The notes: generated by a model from the sequence alone, not told the origin. Numbered from the stretch's first letter, positions 23,001 to 35,001 are shown. The stretch is DNA of 64,000 nt from Diplonema japonicum (GCA_964019335.1 OZ025674.1:186001-250000); one strand, 5' to 3'. Numbers and translations: made by a program.

Positions 23001-26000
23001 GTAGTGAACTTTACAGCGATCGAGATTGGGCAGTCGCCCAGCAACACGACAGCGACCATGAAGGTCGTCAAGGCGAACTGTGCGGGGCGTTTCCCGAATT
23101 GTGATGTGAACTGCAACACCTCCCCTCAAGTACTGCCCCCAAAGACTGTCGGAAACGTCATCCCCACAACACACCCTTCTGGGGACAGCTCGTCGCGTAT
23201 AATACAAGAGCCGATGAATTTCAATACAGCTGGGTACTACTACGCCTGCTGGACCACTGAGGAAATCCGCACATGTACGCCAACAGGCATTACAAACCCG
23301 CAGACGTGCGTGTACAGCCAGCCATCGCACCCATGGAGGCTTGTGCCCGACCCGATCATAGTCTCGCCCAGGTACACTGGGTTTACGTCGTTCGTTTCCG
23401 AGGCAGGTGACACGACGACAATTAGAATAACTGGGAACGGGATCTCCGTGAACGACATGGGCCCACCCGGGTTGGCCTTGAGGACGTCCATCTACAACTG
23501 GACATCGTGCAGGCAGATGGGGACACCCGCAGTGCAGCAGGACACTGATTTAGTATATGTGGGCTCGCCGACAATCACCACCAGCAACGAGGTCGTGTTT
23601 GACGCCGTCATGACAAGGGGCGGGGACTATGATGTGTGCGTAGGGCTCACCAGGGTGGGCGACTTCACAGGGCAAACATGGGATACCTTCCGTCAGATCA
23701 ACACTCTCAACATGAATCTCCCCCCTCGAGCAGAGTGCCCACTGTGGACAGAAACGGTTAAGTCAAACCTCAGCGAAGTTTTCTGCTCGAACACCTCTCA
23801 TTGGCTCAACAACACTGCACATAGGGTGCAACCCAGAGTCACAATGTACACTATCCAGCCAGAGGATGCTCACTACGGCTCTTCTGTGAACATTGCCATC
23901 GAGGGTCTCGGTCTTGCAGAGCAGGACAGCGTGTTTGTCATCAACGGAACCGACGGTTCTACCTGCGGTGCATGGGACAGCCTCCCTCAGTGGTCGAAGT
24001 TCGGTGCATCGCTACTGGTAGCACCATTTATGCAGCAAAGGAACGCCGGGTCGGCTAGCTTGCCTGCTGCGGAGAACATCACGCTGCCCTCTGGTCTGCC
24101 ACAACCCTTTAGCATCACTAACGCCAACTGGATATTTGCCTTCCCCCGCCCGGGAGAGTTCCGTCTGTGCTACAGGAGCTCTGTGTTCGGATGGAGTAGA
24201 GTTATCAACCCGACGCTGACTATCAACCCACCCAACGTCACCGACTGGGACTGGATAGTGGTCTCTGAGAGCCCTGTGCAGGTTGCCCTACAGTTCTACG
24301 GAACGGGTTTGAACAGCATGGGCAACGGCGACAGGCTCATGATCGTTAGGGACGACCAGTCTGTGGGCGACCCCTGCACAAGGGACCCAAGCGACTTCTC
24401 CGTTGCGGCTTATGTCACCAACCTAGGCCCCTCCAACATGGTAGGCGCCAACATGACGCAGCACATCTGGGGTGACCCTGATTTGAATTCATTTGCAGCG
24501 GTGCGAAACTACACAATGTGCTACATACCTTGCTGGCCTGACAACGTTGCGACCACGTGTGGGGAACCCATCAAGGTGGGCGCTTTGCAGACACCAATCA
24601 GAAACTTCAAGCCGGAGCTGAGGCTTACGGGTGATTACTTGTACTCGAGGCCGTGTGCAGAGGTATCAATATTCTCCGTGCCAGTCAACCCCGGGAGGGA
24701 GCAGGAGAACTGGGTCTCCCGTTCCATGACACACGTGCAGAACGTCTCCGTCGAGATAACGTACGAGGAGCCGCTGCAGAACGAATCGACGCCCAACACG
24801 AACCCTGACTGCGGGTCGTGCTTCTTCGAAGAACCGTACCTCAGCAGCAACACAACTTTGCGGCACTTCTTCCAAAGACTAGGTGTCTACACCGTCTTCG
24901 TGAAGGCAACGGACACCGGCGGGACTGCCCTCGGGGGTATCAACGAGACGGAGACGAAAATGTTCAAACTTGAAGTCACAGGGGAGAACACCCCGCCTGT
25001 CTTCGAGACCGTACCGGAGGTCACGGTTATGGTGTCGCAAAACGGAGGAACGATCACGGGAGGCCCTGTGGTGGTTGGGAACGTGTCGGGAGGCAGCATG
25101 GAATGGGAACAAAGGTCGCAGGTTGTGTACTTTGACGTGATGCCCGTGTCGGGTGTGTTGGATCCGTACTTATCTGCGAAGCCGGTGTACAACCAGCAGA
25201 CAAACGAGCTCACGCTTGTGTTCAAACAAGGCGACAGGACGGACCCTGTCAGCCTGGACCTTGTCTTCGTTGGCTACGACGATCTACAGGCTGGCGTGAA
25301 CGGTGCGACGCTGTGCGGGAACTCCGTCACACGGAAGATCGTAAAGCTCAACATCAACCCACCCAACCAGCCTCCTATCTTCAACTGGATTGGGAACACC
25401 ACATTCCTCGCCTACGAGCAACTCCCTTATGCAGTGCGACGTGCCATTCCTGCAGTAGGGCCGTCGTATGAAGTACCGACCCAGAGCCTCAAACAACCCA
25501 TTGTGACAGTGCTCACCAACACCCATTTCTTCGAGATCTTGGTATGTTTGTAGGGTTTCTTTCAAAGTTAAAAAAAAAAACTAATCTCAGCCGAACTTCA
25601 CCGCGGACGGGAACTTGACCTTTAAGATTGCCAACAACACGATACAAGACCCGCCTGAATCTGCGACGGTGATGATCACCATCCGGTATGTAAAGAATAT
25701 GAGCGCATGGAATCGGGAAACAATAACATCTCAGGGACGACGGTGGTGTAGGGCAAGGCGGTCAGGACAGTGCTTCGTTGAGGCTGGAGATCTTTGTGGT
25801 GGAATATTATAGTTTGGTGGTGAGCCCTAGTTCGATCCAGCAGGGCAGCACCGCGACGTTTGAGCTGTTCGGTGGGATGTCGGAGTTCGCAACGAAGCTG
25901 TTCTACCTGTGGGCAAACAGCAGCGGGTCGATGGACGTGATGACATTCAGCGAACTGCGCAACACGTCCGACGTGGTGCTGCTGTCAAAGCCCAGCAAAG

Positions 26001-28976
26001 GGATGCAAAAGACATATTCCAACCTCCCTGTAGGGAGCCACACTATCTTCACTCTCCTCTTCGTCGATGGGAGTGTCGACTGGGTTAGCTTTGAACGATT
26101 CGGTGCAAACCTCTGCCCGTCCCCGCGTAGCATTGGGCTTACTTACAACGGCCCTTGCTTCCTTGCCGACACGATCACGGTTGTTTCATCCCCCACTCCT
26201 GAAAACGACCTCACTGCGCTCATCGATATGCTTTCTAAGCAAGCCCCCGACACCCCTGCCACGACTATCTTCGCCCTCTCCAGCATGATCGGTTACCAAA
26301 TGGCTGTTAGCAGCAACAGCTCCGTGGCGCCATCCCAACGCGCTACAGTGGCCAACGGTATCCTTGCGGTATGGCTTTTTTTCAAAAGAAACTGGGAAAC
26401 ATTTAACCCCATTAAACCAGGCGGTCAGAAGGCTCCCACAGGACAATGCGCTCTTGCCTGACGACCTGGGCAACGGCATCATGGCCGTCAAGGGGCTGCT
26501 GCTCCCTGTCCCGGGTGAGGACTCAGTGGAATTGACAGCGGTGTGAAAAACCTTGTAAACAATAAAACAATCTTTTCTTTACAGGGCCCGACGCAGGCCG
26601 TCGTGACAGCGCTGGATGGCCTAGCTAAGGAAAACAAAAAGTTATGGAGCGCATGCTGCGGTGTGGCGCTCCCTGCGGGGTGCTCGACGCATGACCGCAG
26701 TTTCTGCCCAACGTCGTGCTGTGGGACGGCGACTAGTAACGGCGAGATGATGCGTATTTCCAACGGGCTGCTCTCGACGCTGGGGCTCATCATCGCGAAC
26801 ACTACAGCGGCTGTCGTGCCCAATCCGTGGAGGTCGGAGTCGGAGGTGAAGGCAGGGCAATCCGACAGTGCTGCCAACGCACGCAAGAGCGACGCAGTGC
26901 TGATGACGAACCTCTTGAACACCTTGCACGGTGTGGGGGAGTCCGTGTGCCAAGTCATGTATGAGGACTCGCTCATCGCGAACCTCACAGACCCACCTCT
27001 CGTGGACAAGGCGCCTTACATGCTTGAAACGGTTTCCTTCACCGTGCACCTCACGGCGATGCACACAGAGGCCACAACGCCTGTCAATGATGACTTCACT
27101 GTTTCTGTCGACTCGCAAGACGTTGAGGCTTCTATCAGCAAAGCGGGGGCTACGAATGAACTCCAGCACCACTCCTGCAGGGCGTTCATGGCATTCGGCG
27201 AGAAACTTCTGTTCAGGGGCAACGGGGACCCGAAGTTCACGCCCATCGTCCCATACTTCGCTTTGAAGATAACCCCTATCGGCGGGGCGAGCGCAGTGGG
27301 CACGAACACGATGAAAGTGTCGGTGACACTGCCGGGGCCTGCCATCATGCCAGGCCAGCAAGATATGCTGAGGTGGGACGAGGCGCTATCGTTATGGGTG
27401 CATCAAGGTACTGCAAGCAGGCTGTTGAACAACAGGATTAAAATCGAGGACACGAGACAGTTCGTCACGTACACGACGGCAATGCGGACAGCAGCGACAT
27501 TGCAGACATCGACCGGCATCCAGGGCTTCTTGTTGGGTTCCTCGCTGTACGACAAATCAAACAAAATGTGCTTTGCGTGCACGGCACTGCCGGTGTTCTT
27601 CGTGCTGTTCATCGTAGCCTACGTCCTGGCATCAGTGGTCGACGCATCTGACAAGAAGCTGTACCAAAGCAACCTCGGAGAAGAGGCAGTGACTCACGGC
27701 ACAGGCCTTCTTGAACTCAACAGCTACGTTCACATGTGGCTGGCCCCCACAGCACGCCTACCTATCACGCTAGGGTACTACAGCAGAGTAAATAGAGTCA
27801 AAACTCTGTTCACGTTCTTCATGATGGCACTGTGGTCTGTCGGGCTACTCTACGACAACGTCTCCATCGGCTACTCATGGGAGGTGTCCATTGACGGTGG
27901 CAAGGCTGTCTACACGGGCCTCGTGGTCGCGATCATGGCAACGGTGGTGTCGTTGATCGTGTGCTACCTGTTCTTCCCAGGGACGCGCACACCGCGTATG
28001 TACGAGAAGTCGTCGAGAGCAGTGGTGCTACCAGAGGACGATGAGACTACGAAGGATGAGGAATTCGCTCCTTTGAAAGCCGTGCAGATCCCAGCCTTGC
28101 CCTCCACCTCGAGAAACCGTCTTGCAACATGTTTGATGCTGCTGATCTTCATCATTGGTTCCATTGCTATGTTTTTCATGACGTCGAACTATTCGTCTAA
28201 AGTACAAGGCGAGCAGTACATGCTGTCTTTTTTCTTCGCGTGTCTGTTCCATATGGGTCTGGAGGTGATCCGGTCATTGGCTGTGCACAAGTCCGGTGCG
28301 ATGGAGGGAGGGAGGTACTTTGAAGAACCTCCTGAAACACATGAAGACGACGACATTGTAGAAATGCATGAGAACACGAAGGACGTGGAGATGTACGAGG
28401 ACCTTGGTTCTCAATACGGCTCGCCTTCGAGGGTGAGCTATGGAGGCGCGCAAAGCACGACGCCCGTGTACCAGCCGCAGCAACCTCCTCAGCAGCATTA
28501 CAACCCTGATGCTTCGCCGTCACCTATGTTCAAATCTACTACACAAAGCATTCTTAACACTGGTGGGAGCGTTCCCAGAGAATTCCATTCTTCCCGTCGC
28601 CCGTCGGTGTCGCCAGCAGGGAGTGTCATGGCTTCCTTTGGACGAGCTCGGTCGCTTGGTAAGCAGCCGGAACCTCCTTCAGACTTCAGTCAGGCGTCAA
28701 TTGCCGCCATTAATCATAGAGGTCTCGGGAGGGGGAGGACTTCGAATCCCATCGCTAACGTTTCCCCTGATGCGGCTGAAGAGAGTCACTTCAGTCCTAC
28801 CACTGTCCCTATTCGGGGCACTGGGAGAGGACGTGGGAGGTCATCTACTCCGCCTTTGTTGTGTATGGAAAAAAAAAAGAGGGGTAAAAAAAAAAAATAA
28901 TAATAATATCAATACAGCCGGAGGTGCCGAACCCCCAACTACGATCTTCACACAGTTTTCCTCTCGTGGGTACTGA
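11025..28976 (+). CDS. Giant polycystin-1/PKD1-like membrane receptor, ~5,900 aa, 6 exons
   Basis: Signal peptide MLPRTATWAVIAVLVL. Exons 11025-25541, 25591-25685, 25735-26368, 26421-26540, 26585-28862, 28918-28976 (17,703 nt, in frame) join six ORF-track pieces. Ectodomain repeats, a GPS-like WDEALSLWVHQG, and five TM segments including HMWLAP...YSRVNR...LLY (PKD1 H.WLS...FTR..R motif). Ends in an S/P/R-rich cytoplasmic tail. Confidence 0.85.
11100..19420 (+). repeat. ~17 tandem copies of a 130-215-aa beta-rich domain
   Basis: Recurring [FL]TExDIRxG...L.L.GE.W...GW..R...YDI...E.V.I..P...SG..P...F.I.P. Starts near 11133, 11553, 12009, 12642, 13182, 13686, 14235, 14679, 15294, 15942, 16350, 16740, 17163, 17667, 18099, 18552, 19044. 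Confidence 0.85.
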
Positions 28977-29038
28977 AGTAAATGAAAAAAAAAAAAAGTG
29001 AATTTTTTTAGATGGATTTTTCTTCCCCTTTCAATACA

Positions 29039-29069
<31 letters not shown>

Positions 29070-29465
29070 GCTTTCCTCAGGAAAGCACGGGGAAAAAAAA
29101 AGATAGAGTCGGGGGGGGAAAAAAAGGAAGGGGGGTGAAATTCCCTTCTCAGCTCTGCCCTTGTTGAGTCAAGCGATTGCCCCCCCTGCCTTATATACCC
29201 CTATTTCTTTGTTCTAAAAAAAATTCACAAAGGGTGGGAGAGAAACAAAAAAAAGAATGAAAAAAAAATTCCCCTGTGCCTCAACTTGAGCCTCAAAAGT
29301 CTGTCCTCTTAGTTTTTGTTCTTTTTATCCCTCTCGAGTCTGTAGTTAGAAGTTTTTTTTTTTCGAGGTAGAATTCTTTTTTTTTTTAAAAAAAAAAAGA
29401 GAGAAAAGAAAAAGAAAAAGGAAAAGGAAAAAAAAAAAAAAATACGAACACTCATTTTTCTTCCT

Positions 29466-29494
29466 CTTTTTTTTTTTTTTTTTTCCCTTCGTAG
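29466..29494 (+). promoter_or_regulatory. Predicted trans-splice (SL) acceptor for the kinase gene: poly(T) tract + AG
   Basis: T-tract 29467-29484, then CCCTTCGTAG, followed by a ~95-nt A/C-rich leader and the ATG. Same layout upstream of several genes (AG at ~1818, ~38018, ~48970, ~55275). Confidence 0.45.
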
Positions 29495-29589
29495 TATTCC
29501 CACTCAAACAAACAAAAAAAAAAACACAAAACAAAGTCCACCGCCCCTCCAAAAAAAAAAAGTAGTAAAAAAAAAAAAAAAAAAAAAAA

Positions 29590-31074
29590 ATGCCCACGAT
29601 GCCAGTTAGACGAGGCAGCAGCGGAGGGTACCATGCAGGTGGGAACGAGATGATTGCAGGGCGCTACCAGGTAATCAGCGAAGCAGGAAGGGGTAACTTC
29701 GCCAGGGTTGTAAAGGCAAAGGACACCCAAACAGGAGAAATTGTAGCCGTGAAGATTCTAGGCCCGGAGTATGCGAGAGACGCAAAATTCGAACTCGAGG
29801 TACTAGAGGGGATCACGAAGAGGGATCCGAAGAACCACTTCAAAGTCTGCAAGCTTCTACAGCACTTCAAGACCTCCGACGGAAGCAACTGTTTCGTCTT
29901 CAACCTGCTAGGACAGTCTTTGAAACAACGAAAGACCGGCATCCGCGACTCAACGACAAAGAAAAACTTCAAAAACCTGGTCAAACAGCTCGGCAGGGCG
30001 CTTCAATACCTCCACTTTGAGTGCAAACTAATCCACACAGATCTCAAACCCGAAAATATTCTTCTGGACTCACCCAACGACGTCAAAGGCATGGGGTCCG
30101 CATGGACAATTGTCGATTTAGGGTCCGCATCATTCTACTCAGAAAGACCAGATGGTGACCTTATTTCAACCCGCCCCTACCGTGCTCCCGAAGTACTTGT
30201 TGGTGGAACGTGGTCGTACGGCGCTGATATGTGGAGTTTCGGGTGTATTCTGTACGAGTTGTACACTGGAAGGACGCTTTTCGATGTTGCAAGCGACGCG
30301 CAGCACCTTCAGCTGATCGAGAGAAAGATCGGGAGGGCACCCTCGTGGCTAGCCGACCACGCTTCACAGAACGTGAAGTACCAGTTGTTCGACTCGTCTA
30401 ACAGACTCCGACACGCGATCGGAGCAGGCCCCCCGCAGAGCTTCACAGATGAGTTCCGTGACGATCCTCTTTTCGCCGATCTTTTGAGAAGGCTTTTGCA
30501 CTATGACCCTGTTCTCCGCATGCGTGCTGACGAGGTTGTAAACCACCCTTATGTGTCATCAGCAGAATCTGTCAAAGGACAAACCGGTGTTCTGACAAAG
30601 ATCCCATCATCCGCGTACAGCTCCGGACGGATCAGATGCCCTGGGGCAATGAACATGAACGCCCCTAGAGCCCGTCTTGACGCAGGGCTTCCTCAAGAAA
30701 ACGATAGATCTCGAAGTGGGTCTGGTGAAGAACGTGCTGTTGCGAGACGAGCTTCAGGCGAAGATCGTTACAGGAGAGGTTCAGGTGGTGAGGCATACAG
30801 ACCAGCTCCTGAAGCGAGGCGTGGTTCCGGTGACATTGGGTATGGGGGTTCAGCACAGGACATTGCAGGGCTGGAAAGACAGCTGGCGCGTCTAGGTATG
30901 CCTTCTAGGCATATGGCTCCGCCGCCGCCCCAACCTTCTCGTGCTATCTTCGCTGCTGAAGATTCCTTCCGTGCGATCAGTGCTGCTGACGCCGCCCTTT
31001 ACCCTCGACATGGCCACGGGCATGGTCCTTCAGCTTACGCGCCTTTGCCTTTGCACCATCAGAGACGTTACTGA
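29590..31074 (+). CDS. CMGC kinase, CLK/LAMMER family (KKT10/KKT19-like), 494 aa
   Basis: GRGNFARV, VAVK, YARDAKFE, HTDLKPENILL, DLGSA, ISTRPYRAPEV, LAMMER-equivalent QHLQLIERKIG. Low-complexity RRxS-rich tail. Confidence 0.92.
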   Translation: MPTMPVRRGSSGGYHAGGNEMIAGRYQVISEAGRGNFARVVKAKDTQTGEIVAVKILGPEYARDAKFELEVLEGITKRDPKNHFKVCKLLQHFKTSDGSNCFVFNLLGQSLKQRKTGIRDSTTKKNFKNLVKQLGRALQYLHFECKLIHTDLKPENILLDSPNDVKGMGSAWTIVDLGSASFYSERPDGDLISTRPYRAPEVLVGGTWSYGADMWSFGCILYELYTGRTLFDVASDAQHLQLIERKIGRAPSWLADHASQNVKYQLFDSSNRLRHAIGAGPPQSFTDEFRDDPLFADLLRRLLHYDPVLRMRADEVVNHPYVSSAESVKGQTGVLTKIPSSAYSSGRIRCPGAMNMNAPRARLDAGLPQENDRSRSGSGEERAVARRASGEDRYRRGSGGEAYRPAPEARRGSGDIGYGGSAQDIAGLERQLARLGMPSRHMAPPPPQPSRAIFAAEDSFRAISAADAALYPRHGHGHGPSAYAPLPLHHQRRY

Positions 31075-31139
31075 AAGAGCGAGGATGGGAAAGTGGAGGG
31101 GCATTATTCATTGACTTGTTTGTAATTAGATTCCTATTT

Positions 31140-31171
<32 letters not shown>

Positions 31172-31181
31172 CATATAACTC

Positions 31182-31575
31182 CAGCCAGATTTTTCAAGTG
31201 TGGGAGTGAAAAATAATATTCTACCTTTTTTTTTTTTTTTTTTTCTTTTTTCACGCTTGTTTTATAAGAAAAAAAAGCAGGTGCAGGAAATGAAAAGTAT
31301 TTTGTGAGTGGATATAAAGTACTTTATATTCACGTTGGCCCAATTTTCTCTGCACAGCACGGGCTCTTTGACAATATGGGGCGCAAACAAAATCACCCAA
31401 GTGGTTACCACATAGAATCTGGGAATCTCACTTTTTACGTCACTCAAGGAACAAAAAGCACGACGAAGCTGCCTCAGGTCCAGACCGAGGTCCTGTCAGC
31501 ACCCATGGACGCACGGCCCGCACCACACAGGATGTGCCTTGACATCTGATCACCCCACACTTTTAAATCTGGCTG
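31182..31575. mobile_element. Putative ~394-bp MITE with ~26-bp imperfect TIRs
   Basis: CAGCCAGATTTTTCAAGTGTGGGAGTGA (31182-31209) vs TCACCCCACACTTTTAAATCTGGCTG (31550-31575). Flanked by TC on both sides. Confidence 0.55.
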
Positions 31576-31596
31576 TCGTGAAATAAAACAACGGAT

Positions 31597-31750
31597 TTAG
31601 TGAAAAATAGATTCGATTTTCACTTGTGGTGGCATGTTTAACATAAGTAACCTTTCATGACTTTAACTCGGTCGACGAGTAAAGTCATGTGCCCACTAGT
31701 TTGAACCACTGCCACCACGCGTGAAAATCAAACGATCTTATTTTCACTAA
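31597..31750. mobile_element. ~154-bp foldback/palindromic element (MITE-like hairpin)
   Basis: Nested inverted arms TTAGTGAAAA/TTTTCACTAA, GATTTTCACTTGTGGTGGCA/TGCCACCACGCGTGAAAATC and CATGACTTTAACTCG/CGAGTAAAGTCATG. Confidence 0.7.
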
Positions 31751-31765
31751 GTAAATAGTTATTAT

Positions 31766-31805
<40 letters not shown>

Positions 31806-33252
31806 CCCACACACACATACTATTTTTTTTTTTTTTTTGTTTCCTATTTCTTAGGTGTACATATAAAAGAAAAAAAAATTATTGGAGGGGGAATATCAAA
31901 AGAGAAAAAAATGGTGAGAGAGAAAAAAAAAAAAGAAGAAATACGCCGGCGTGCAAACAAAGGTTCAAGAAAAAAAAAGAAAAAGAAGAAGAAGAAAAAA
32001 TCTGTAGAAAGGTTACAATGATGTTGCGCGCCAAAGCACTACCAACGACTTACCTTAACAGTTTGAAGAGAAAAAAAAAATGTTTTGCCCAGTGATGTGA
32101 TCCAGCCTTCCTTTTTCTTTTCCCCTCCCCTGTACTTCACTATTCTCTTTATTTTCCCTATTGGAAGGGGCGTAAGTGCCTGAAGAAAGAAGAAAAAAAA
32201 CTTTTTGAAAAAAAAAAAAAGGACCAAGTAGCTGCATACCTCTCATAATTTAATTTCTAATTTTTTGTTGCCTTGGTCCGTCCCGTTTGATGACCCTACC
32301 ATTCTTTTTCTTTTCTTTCTTTTTTTTTTTTTTTCCTCCATCTTCTCCCTCTTTCCCCTGGGCCACCAGCATTCTGCTTTCACTCTGTTTATTATTATTA
32401 TTTTTCATTTTATATTTACTTCACTCGTGACATAAACGAGGAACAGCAAACAGAGGGGAAAAGAATGTTGTATTTAGATATTTGTTCACCACTTGCACAC
32501 ACCCATTTCTCTCTCCTCCTCCCCCCTTCTTTCTTTTCTTCCCTGTTTTCATTCGTTGCAGCCATCCTTCTCTCGTGGACAGGTGGGGTGTGTGTAACTA
32601 CAAGAAAGGGATAAGATTTTGGTATTCTGTTTTCTTTTTTTTTTTTTTTTTTCCCTCCGAAAAAAAAAAAAGATTTTTTTTTTTTTTACATCAAATTTAG
32701 ACCAGAAGGAAAAAAAACTAAACCCCCCCCTTTTTTTTTCTTCTTATTTCTTTGTCTCAGTAACCCGAGATTGCCAGGAATTAAAGAAACGGCTGCAAAG
32801 AAGGTGGATCCCAGGGGTCTTTAGCTTCCAAAAAAAAGCCCCCCCCTATCGAACTGCGCTGCTCGGTGTGGCTTTAAGAAGAACAGGTTTGAGCGTCTTT
32901 GCTATCGGTGCTTCAATCCCACCTGCTGCGCTAGCTCTCCCCTGTCCTGCCGTCATATTGTTTGTTTGCACAAAAGAAGTAGAAAAAAAAAAAGAAAATA
33001 GCGCCACACTTTTTAAAGTATTGCGTACCCCCCTACACTGCCCTGAGTCTTCGTTAATTATAACAAAAAAAAAAAAAAAAGAAAAAAAAAAAAAAAAAAA
33101 AAAAAAAAACATTATTTTTTTTCTCGCGACAACCTTTTCTTCTTCTTCTTTTTTTTTTTTTCCATACTTATTTTCTCTATGTGTACACCCCTTGCTGTCA
33201 ATTCCACTAAGAACCCACATCACGCAGAAGGAGGCCCGCCACCATGCGATAG

Positions 33253-35001
33253 ATGTCTTGGGAAGCACAAAGCACGTACAAAGACAGGGACGTCAGTCCT
33301 AAAAGACCAACTTATAAACAGAGATATCACGAGGCATGGGTCACAGTGAGCCCTGGTAGGGAGGACGGCCGGAAGAGTCCTACCAGACCTATGCAGAAGG
33401 AACAGTATCAGCACCAGCATCAGATGCATCACCATCACCACCAACATCACCCTCTGCACCAGCACCAGCACCAGCACCAGCACCAGCATCAACACTACCA
33501 GTACCCAGGGTATGGCCCCCCACCTGTACAGCCTCAGGGGTACTATGCGCCGCCGCAGCCAACGCCGCAAGGGTGGTACCAAGGTCCTGGCCCGGCACCC
33601 GTTGCCCCTGCTCCTGCTCCTGCTCCTGCTCCTTCTGGAACTGGTTGGTACCCATCAACCCAACCCACCACACCCACCTTGAGCGCATCGCAGCCGTCCA
33701 TGCCCATTAATGCCACAGGTTACCCTCCCAGCATCAGCACTGCCACCGAGGCACCCGAGAACTCCTCCATTGTGTCCTTTGACAGCGACGACACGCGGAG
33801 AAAAATGAGCAGCAGGGAAAAAATCAAGCAGCTTCTGAAAGAGCGTGAAGACCTCGAGAAGACCAACATGGAGCTGGACCTGGAGAGGACACGTGTCGAG
33901 ATCGACAAGAAGGAGGTACTGCTCAGGGCGCAGCAGGAGCTCGATCAGGAAAAGGACCAGAACATGCAGTCGGCCAATGTGATCGCACAGCAGATGACGC
34001 TGATCGACAACTTGAAGGCGAAGATCGACGTTCTAGTGGGCCACGCCAGGACGGGGATGATTGCTGAGGAGCACCGTGAGACACACGAAGTGGAATTAGG
34101 TGAGGTGAGGTCACTGGCGATGAATTTGCAGGAGGAGGTCGGGCGGCACCAGAATACCATCCGGCAGTACGAGGCGGAGAGGGTGGATCTTGAGCGGGAG
34201 AAGCTTGCATGGCAGCGCGAGAAGAAGGTGTCCGAGATGGAGAGGGACGCGCTGCAGGAGGAACTAGCACGCGAGAGGTCTCTCAACAACAAAGAGAAAA
34301 GGAACCTGGAGCAAGTGAGGCGTGAGAACGCCAACGAACTCGAAGACCTCCTCAAGCAGCACGAAATGGAGCAACAGCAGCAACGCGAGGACAATTTGCG
34401 GCGGGAACAGGAGCTCAACCAGATCCGTAAAGAGAAGCAGGAGCTCTCCAACCGTGTGATCGAGATCCAGACACAGCGCGAGGAAGAAGCACGTTCCCTG
34501 CAGCGTGAGATCGAGCAGCACCTCACTGTGGTGGAGAACTTGAAGGCAGAACTGCGGATGAAGCAGATGGAGCTGTTCGAAGAGTACAACACCATGAAGC
34601 AGCAGATGAGCAGCGAGAAGACACAACTTGCGGAGAAGATGCAAGAAGAGAGGCGCGAGATGGACTTCAAAGTAGTGCAAGTGACACAGCAGGTCGAAGC
34701 AGAGAAGCGCAGAGTGGAAATCGAAAGGTCAAGCATCGAACTCGAATGGAAGGAGCTGAAGGCGTCTCGTGACGGCCAGCGCCAGAGGGACAAGCAGGAA
34801 TGGGAGATGGAGAGGGACAGGCTCAACGAGCAGCTGAGGATAAGGCAAAGCGAGGTCGAGGCTAGAGAGCAGCGTGCCTCCATCAAGGAACGCGGCGTCG
34901 AGGCTACGACACGCGAGCTGGAAGTGGTGTGCAGAGACAAAGCAGTGTTGGAGAGCGAACTGCACAAGGTGTGTTTTGTGGGGAACACAATAACAAAAAA
35001 A

